Positions 6,624 through 10,837 of a DNA stretch of 10,837 nt are shown here, piece by piece. How positions within the stretch are numbered: position 1 is the stretch's first letter; every line of letters starts with the position of its first letter. Under the pieces are notes generated by a model. The model saw nothing but the letters and a program-made list of their open reading frames with translations, did no database searches and was not told where the DNA came from. The position numbers and the translations under genes were made by a program. Source of the stretch: Candidatus Iainarchaeum sp. (lineage in GTDB: Archaea > Iainarchaeota > Iainarchaeia > Iainarchaeales > CSSED10-239); assembly GCA_028693335.1 (NCBI GenBank), contig JAQUVR010000017.1, forward strand, positions 1 to 10,837, written 5' to 3'.

Positions 6624-7295
6624 ATGGACAAGTTAGTAACTCTTATTGATCAACCAAACTGGAAAATAATTCTTTATGATCTAGTAAAATCTAATGAAAT
6701 TGATATTTGGAATGTTAATCTAATTGAACTAACTGATCTTTATTTAGAAAAGATTAGAAATTTACAACAAAATAATTTGTTAATTCCAGCAAATGCTTTA
6801 TTAGCTGCTGCAATTTTACTTAAACTAAAAACTTATTCTTTAAAATTATCAACAATTTCAAATGATGAAGAAGAATTAAAACTATTAAGTGAAGAGGATT
6901 TTATGGCAATTAGTGGATCAATTGATCTAAATACCCCAACAAGATTAAAAGAAGGACAAGTTAGTCTTGATGAATTAATTGATATTATTGATGTTATGAT
7001 AAATAAACCAACAAAAAAAAATATAGAAAAAAGAATAAAAGAAGTTAAAGAATTTAAATTTATTTTACCAAGAAAAACACAAGAAATAACAGACAGAATA
7101 AATAAATTGTTAGATGTTATAAATAGTTATAAAGACTCAGAAAATTTAGTTTTATTTTCAAATATGACAAAAGGGCAAGACCCTTCAAAAATGATAGATA
7201 ATTATTTTATACCAATGTTATTTTTAGTGCAGGATCAGAAAATAGATGCTTGGCAAGAAGAATTTTTTAAAGAAATCTTTATTAAAACATTATAG
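6624..7295 (+). CDS. scpA: Segregation and condensation protein A (kleisin subunit of SMC-ScpAB)
   Basis: The N-terminal helical motif EIDIWNVNLIELTDLYLEKI ... ANALLAAAILLKLKT matches the ScpA pattern (..iDi.di.l.eit.qYl.yi ... mAa.Ll.iKs). The C-terminal winged-helix-like YFIPMLFLVQDQKIDAWQEEFFKEIFI matches the FlAlLeL..... Q.e.F.eI.i pattern. Confidence 0.75.
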   Translation: MDKLVTLIDQPNWKIILYDLVKSNEIDIWNVNLIELTDLYLEKIRNLQQNNLLIPANALLAAAILLKLKTYSLKLSTISNDEEELKLLSEEDFMAISGSIDLNTPTRLKEGQVSLDELIDIIDVMINKPTKKNIEKRIKEVKEFKFILPRKTQEITDRINKLLDVINSYKDSENLVLFSNMTKGQDPSKMIDNYFIPMLFLVQDQKIDAWQEEFFKEIFIKTL

Positions 7296-7314
7296 TTAAA
7301 ATTTGTGAAAGATA

Positions 7315-7809
7315 ATGAGTGAAATAAGCACAACAAACATAAAATGCATAATAGAAGCAATAATTTTTATGAGCCCTAGAGGAGTGCCTTTGAAAAAAAT
7401 TGAAAAACAATTACATGGTGTTGAAAAAGATATAATTCTGTGTGCGATTTATGATTTGGTTGATGATTATAATAAAAGAAACACAGCATTAAAAGTTATT
7501 TTTGAAAATGATAATTTAGAAATGATAACTAAACAAGAATATTCTAAATACAATTCTTTTGCTGTTGGAAAGCAATTGAGTAAAGGAGAACTGAAAACAT
7601 TGGCATTAATTGCAATAAATGCTCCACAGGTTGAACAATGTAAGATAATAACTAAAAGACCTTATGATCATTTGGCAACATTAAAGGAATTAGGGTTAAT
7701 TACAGTAACCAAAAAAGGCAAAAAAAATATGTTGTCTGTAACTAAAAAGTTTGATCTTTTGTTTAATAAAAAAATAAAAATAAATAATTTGAAGGTAGAT
7801 GATTTATGA
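7315..7809 (+). CDS. scpB: Segregation and condensation protein B
   Basis: IIEAIIFMSPRGVPLKKI matches iEAlLF.s..Pl. LSKGELKTLALIAINAPQVEQCKIITKRPYDHLATLKELGLI matches Ls.aalEtLAiIAY.QPiTr.eI...RG.....l..L.e.gLI. It follows scpA after 19 nt. Confidence 0.8.
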   Translation: MSEISTTNIKCIIEAIIFMSPRGVPLKKIEKQLHGVEKDIILCAIYDLVDDYNKRNTALKVIFENDNLEMITKQEYSKYNSFAVGKQLSKGELKTLALIAINAPQVEQCKIITKRPYDHLATLKELGLITVTKKGKKNMLSVTKKFDLLFNKKIKINNLKVDDL

Positions 7810-10043
7810 ATAAAAATTTTTTAAAAATAATTTTTGTGTCATTGTTCTTAATTACAATATTTGGAAATATTTCTGCAACATATATTCCAGATGCAACAAT
7901 GAAAATATTTGCAGTAACTGGATCAAATGTTGCAATGGATGCAACATTACACGCCGAAATTAGACCCGGATCCGGCAGAATTTTTTCATCAATTCACACA
8001 ATTGTTGGATCACAAACACAAGAATCAGAAAGAAATGCTGTAATTGCTGCAACAACAGCAGTCGGTAATGACACCAGAAATAAATATGATTTTTATTTTG
8101 ATATTCAATCATCTGCAAGTAGTATAGATGGCCCATCAGCAGGCGGTGCTATTGCTTTATTGTTAGTTAGTATGCTTAGTGGAAATGATTTAAATCAAAA
8201 AGTAAGTATTACAGGATCAATTACTTCTGACGGGTATATTGGAGATGTTGGTGGAGTATATGCCAAAGCAAAAAAAGCAAGTGAAGTTGGAATCAAATTG
8301 TTTATGATACCAATGGGTAACAGACAACAAGTTATTACTAATCAAGACGGTTCAACAGATTTAGTTGATCTTATTGATTATTCTTATAGTAATTGGGGTA
8401 TGAAAATAGTTGAAGTTCAAACAATTGATGATGTTTTAAAATATTCTAGTATGGATATAGAAAATATTGATATTAATAATCCAATTGTAACAGAAACTGA
8501 TAATATTTTTGTTCCAGAAAAGATTCAAGTTTCAAGAGCAATAAACCCTATGAGAGGCATTGTTGATAAATATTTAAATGATGTAAATGTTACAATTACT
8601 AGTACAGAAAAAAGTGTTGATACCAGTATAATTAAAGACAGCACAATTACTCAAGGATTAATATCTCTTTTGTCTTATGCAAAAGATTCAGTAAATAGAG
8701 CCGAAGTTTATTCAAATTATAATTATTTATATACTGCGGCTAATGAAGCATTTTTAGCAAAAATATATGGAATGGTTATTTCTGAGGTTATGGATAATCC
8801 ATCAATTTTATCTCAAAATTCTACAATATATAATTTAAAAATATCAGAACTTGAAAAGAAATTAGCACTAACAGAAAATAGAGCAAAAATGTGTTCTTTA
8901 GAAAAAATGGAGTGGTGTATTGGTGCTAGACAAAGAATTACTTGGGCTAGAAATAAAATTGAAGATTTAAAGATTGCAAATAAAGAGGTTATGTTAAATC
9001 AAAGTTTAGACAAAATAATGGATTATGGATATGCAAGTGGCTGGATTGAAATTGCAAATGATTTTTTAGATATTGGTATTGTTAGCCAAGGTAACAATTT
9101 TAAAGAAAGTTCTGATTTTAAGGATAGAGCAGAAAGTTACATTGTTGATATTGAAAATCAATTAACAATTTCTGATGAATCTATAATTAGTGATACAGAT
9201 TTACAAAGAAGATTAAAAGCAGCAAAAACAAATTTAAATAAAGGGTGGTATGTTTCATCTCTTTTTGATGCTGCAACAGCAAAGGCAGTCTTAATATCAA
9301 AAAAAGAAAATAATAGTGATCTTTTTTCAGAAGCTGTTTTTAAAGAAAAATATGATGTTTTGTTACCTATATTAAGATCAAATAATGGACTGAATAGTAC
9401 AAATCACATTTGGTCTAAACAGTTTTTTGATCATTCACTGTATTATTATAAAAAATATTTGAGTTATGAAAATAAAAATGATACTAGAGCAATAACAGAT
9501 CTTAAAACAGCAAACTCTATAATAAATTTTTCTGTATTACTTTATGATGTTGAAAAAGAAGTTATTGCTTATTATGATAATGCAAGCATAGATATTATTA
9601 CAGAAATTATTGATATTGAAATTGTTGATGATAATTTAGATACTACCAATTTAGAACAAACAGAAAACTCTGATAAAGTTTATTATGTTTATACAAAGGA
9701 CAATAAGGAAAAATTAAAGACAGTTTATCTTTATATTTATATAATTGCTTTATTTGCTATGATTATTTCTGTGGTTATATATATTGATAGAAATTCAAAT
9801 AAGAAGATTAAACTTCAAAAAAAGTTAGCAGAACTTGATGAAAAACTTTTAGATGGAAAAATAAGTGAATTTACTTATAAAGAAATGAGAGCTATATATC
9901 TTAAAGAATTAAAGGCTTTTAAAGATGTTGAGAAAGTTAAAAAAAAATATGAATTAGATAACTCAACAATTAATAAATCCACTGTTAATAAGATGACATC
10001 TGTTAAAGATTTGTTAAAGATAAAAAAAGATAATAAAAAATAA
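7806..10043 (+). CDS. Membrane-anchored, AAA-less Lon-like (S16) serine protease with a large uncharacterised extracytoplasmic domain, a C-terminal TM helix and a SHOCT-like cytoplasmic tail
   Basis: N-terminal signal or anchor FLKIIFVSLFLITIFGNISA. Lon proteolytic domain with IDGPSAGGAIALLLVS (Ser codon 8136-8138) and ITGSITSDGYIGDVGGVYAKAKKASEVGIKLFMIP (Lys of the Ser-Lys dyad). I recognise no motif over about 470 aa (residues ~170-640); this stretch has many N-x-S/T sequons. TM helix VYLYIYIIALFAMIISVVIYI (~9721-9786). Tail LAELDEKLLDGKISEFTYKEMRAIYLKEL is SHOCT-like. The ATG overlaps the scpB stop (ATGA, 7806-7809). Confidence 0.85.
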   Translation: MNKNFLKIIFVSLFLITIFGNISATYIPDATMKIFAVTGSNVAMDATLHAEIRPGSGRIFSSIHTIVGSQTQESERNAVIAATTAVGNDTRNKYDFYFDIQSSASSIDGPSAGGAIALLLVSMLSGNDLNQKVSITGSITSDGYIGDVGGVYAKAKKASEVGIKLFMIPMGNRQQVITNQDGSTDLVDLIDYSYSNWGMKIVEVQTIDDVLKYSSMDIENIDINNPIVTETDNIFVPEKIQVSRAINPMRGIVDKYLNDVNVTITSTEKSVDTSIIKDSTITQGLISLLSYAKDSVNRAEVYSNYNYLYTAANEAFLAKIYGMVISEVMDNPSILSQNSTIYNLKISELEKKLALTENRAKMCSLEKMEWCIGARQRITWARNKIEDLKIANKEVMLNQSLDKIMDYGYASGWIEIANDFLDIGIVSQGNNFKESSDFKDRAESYIVDIENQLTISDESIISDTDLQRRLKAAKTNLNKGWYVSSLFDAATAKAVLISKKENNSDLFSEAVFKEKYDVLLPILRSNNGLNSTNHIWSKQFFDHSLYYYKKYLSYENKNDTRAITDLKTANSIINFSVLLYDVEKEVIAYYDNASIDIITEIIDIEIVDDNLDTTNLEQTENSDKVYYVYTKDNKEKLKTVYLYIYIIALFAMIISVVIYIDRNSNKKIKLQKKLAELDEKLLDGKISEFTYKEMRAIYLKELKAFKDVEKVKKKYELDNSTINKSTVNKMTSVKDLLKIKKDNKK

Positions 10044-10468
10044 ATATAAATACAAATAGAGATTATTTAAAAAAATTTAGATTAGTAATAATTTCTGTAT
10101 TTGTAATTATAATATTAGGTATCTTTTTATTTAAATATTTTGAAAAATGGAGTTTTGTTGATTCTTTTTATTTTACGGTTATTACTTTGACAACTATTGG
10201 CTATGGAGAGATTACTCCAATTACAACACAAGGTAAAATTGCAGCATCTATTTTTGCATTAATGGGTGTTGGTGTTTTTTTATTTTGTATTGGTGTAATT
10301 GCAGAACATTATTTTACTGAGAGACTTGCATATCAAAATAAAATTGCAGAAAAAGGAATAAATAGAAAGATCAATCAAAAAATAGCTGGCGAAGTAAAAA
10401 GACAATTTCGATTTATTAAATCTGTTGCTGATCTTAAAAATAAGTCAAAAGAAAATAAGGAAAACTAA
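10037..10468 (+). CDS. Minimal 2-TM (KcsA-like) potassium channel; start codon unresolved
   Basis: Pore helix and selectivity filter SFVDSFYFTVITLTTIGYGEITP, then TM2 GKIAASIFALMGVGVFLFCIGVIAEHYF and a short basic tail. The frame is open from 10037 and encodes a convincing TM1 (FRLVIISVFVIIILGIFLFKYF) upstream of the TTG at 10187. That TTG is the only canonical start, but it would delete TM1 and the pore helix. There is no ATG, GTG or TTG between 10037 and 10186, so the 5' coordinate given is the frame opening, not a proven start. Confidence 0.75.
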   Translation, partial: KININTNRDYLKKFRLVIISVFVIIILGIFLFKYFEKWSFVDSFYFTVITLTTIGYGEITPITTQGKIAASIFALMGVGVFLFCIGVIAEHYFTERLAYQNKIAEKGINRKINQKIAGEVKRQFRFIKSVADLKNKSKENKEN

Positions 10469-10479
10469 TTTTAGAAATG

Positions 10480-10493
10480 TTTTTAAAGTTTTT
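10480..10493 (+). terminator. Two T5 tracts downstream of the channel gene; candidate archaeal oligo-T terminator
   Basis: TTTTT at 10480-10484 and 10489-10493, 12-25 nt after the TAA at 10466-10468. Confidence 0.25.
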
Positions 10494-10513
10494 GTTATTT
10501 AATTATAATATTT

Positions 10514-10543
10514 AGTTAGAAACAATTAACAAAAAGTTAGAAA
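10514..10543 (+). repeat. Direct repeat AGTTAGAAA x2 with 21-nt periodicity, in the promoter/leader of the last ORF
   Basis: AGTTAGAAA occurs at 10514-10522 and 10535-10543. This lies between an AT-rich TATA-like stretch (AATTATAATA, 10501-10510) and the AGGTGAT SD (10545-10551). Confidence 0.3.
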
Positions 10544-10556
10544 TAGGTGATATTAA

Positions 10557-10837
10557 ATGAGAAAAACAAAAAACAATAAAGAAAAGATGATCTTATATTA
10601 TAAGAGATTAATAATTGTAGGAGTTATAATTTTATTAATTGGTCTAATATTACAAGCATTTTTTAATTTACACTCATCCATTGGATCTATTTTTACAAGC
10701 ATGGGTGTTGCAATGTTAGTTATTGGAATAATTAGATTAATTAGAAAAAATCAATTTCCAGAAAAAGATGAAAGAACAAGAAAAATTGGTTCTTATGCTT
10801 TAAGTTATTCTTGGTTATTTACTCTTGTTTTTTTAAC
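10557..10837 (+). CDS. Small integral membrane protein, 5' part (runs off the window); tentatively DUF2178-like
   Basis: My own translation: MRKTKNNKEKMILYYKRLIIVGVIILLIGLILQAFFNLHSSIGSIFTSMGVAMLVIGIIRLIRKNQFPEKDERTRKIGSYALSYSWLFTLVFL.. with no stop up to the window end. A strong SD, AGGTGAT, ends 5 nt before the ATG at 10557. A TM hairpin followed by a DER-containing loop and a third TM is reminiscent of DUF2178 proteins; that assignment is from memory only. Confidence 0.55.
   Translation, partial: MRKTKNNKEKMILYYKRLIIVGVIILLIGLILQAFFNLHSSIGSIFTSMGVAMLVIGIIRLIRKNQFPEKDERTRKIGSYALSYSWLFTLVFL

Noticed and set aside
6624-7809. ScpA/ScpB-like pair as JetA/JetB of a Wadjet-type anti-plasmid system
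   Set aside because: Their sizes (223 and 164 aa) and motifs match housekeeping ScpA/ScpB. No SMC-like JetC or Toprim JetD gene is adjacent. The flanking genes are a protease and housekeeping functions.
10187-10468. TTG at 10187 as the true start of the K+ channel, as in the ORF track
   Set aside because: It would begin the protein inside the TTIGYG signature and remove TM1 and the pore helix, even though the upstream 150 nt are open in frame and encode a textbook TM1. A functional channel cannot start there.
1-10837. Bacterial (CPR/Patescibacteria) rather than archaeal origin, suggested by the AlaRS C-terminus and ScpAB
   Set aside because: Several features point to an archaeon: the G1:C72/A73 tRNA-Pro, the Lig1-type ATP-dependent ligase, archaeal-type ProRS, the archaeal-style AAA-less Lon-like protease, and TTTATATA elements at promoter distance. 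The AlaRS peculiarity is kept as a separate finding. This cannot be settled without rRNA or ribosomal-protein markers.
1-10837. CRISPR arrays, tandem repeats, IS elements or toxin-antitoxin pairs
   Set aside because: I scanned both strands by eye. There are no regularly spaced repeats of 20 nt or more, no terminal inverted repeats, no transposase-like ORF and no pair of small adjacent ORFs. Non-coding space totals only a few hundred nt and is accounted for by promoters and leaders.

Overview
This is a very AT-rich, tightly packed chromosomal segment; intergenic gaps range from 0 to about 175 nt. It most likely comes from a small-genome, DPANN-like archaeon. Supporting evidence: an archaeal/eukaryal-type ProRS ending in Tyr, a Lig1-type ATP-dependent DNA ligase, a tRNA-Pro with G1:C72 / A73 and no encoded CCA, TTTATATA TATA-box motifs, GGTGAT Shine-Dalgarno motifs, and an AAA-less membrane Lon-like protease. 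Gene order: 3' end of alaS (editing domain); a membrane-anchored tandem HKD (Nuc/PLD-like) protein; tRNA-Pro(UGG); a basic coiled-coil orphan ORF; proS; ATP-dependent DNA ligase; a convergent, overlapping single-domain KaiC/RadA-like ATPase; a divergent promoter region; scpA; scpB; a translationally coupled 745-aa extracytoplasmic Lon(S16)-like protease with a large unknown domain, a TM helix and a SHOCT-like tail; a minimal 2-TM K+ channel; and the 5' end of a small membrane protein. I found no CRISPR array, transposase, integrase, toxin-antitoxin pair or recognisable defence module, and no convincing evidence for a new multi-gene system. The most unusual items are (i) the K+ channel, whose first TM helix has no canonical start codon and is one A (-1 frame) away from fusing to the Lon-like ORF; (ii) the architecture of the Lon-like protein and its coupling to scpAB; (iii) the tRNA-Pro / orphan ORF / proS arrangement; and (iv) the secreted tandem Nuc-like protein. 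All family calls rest on motif recognition by eye; no searches were run.
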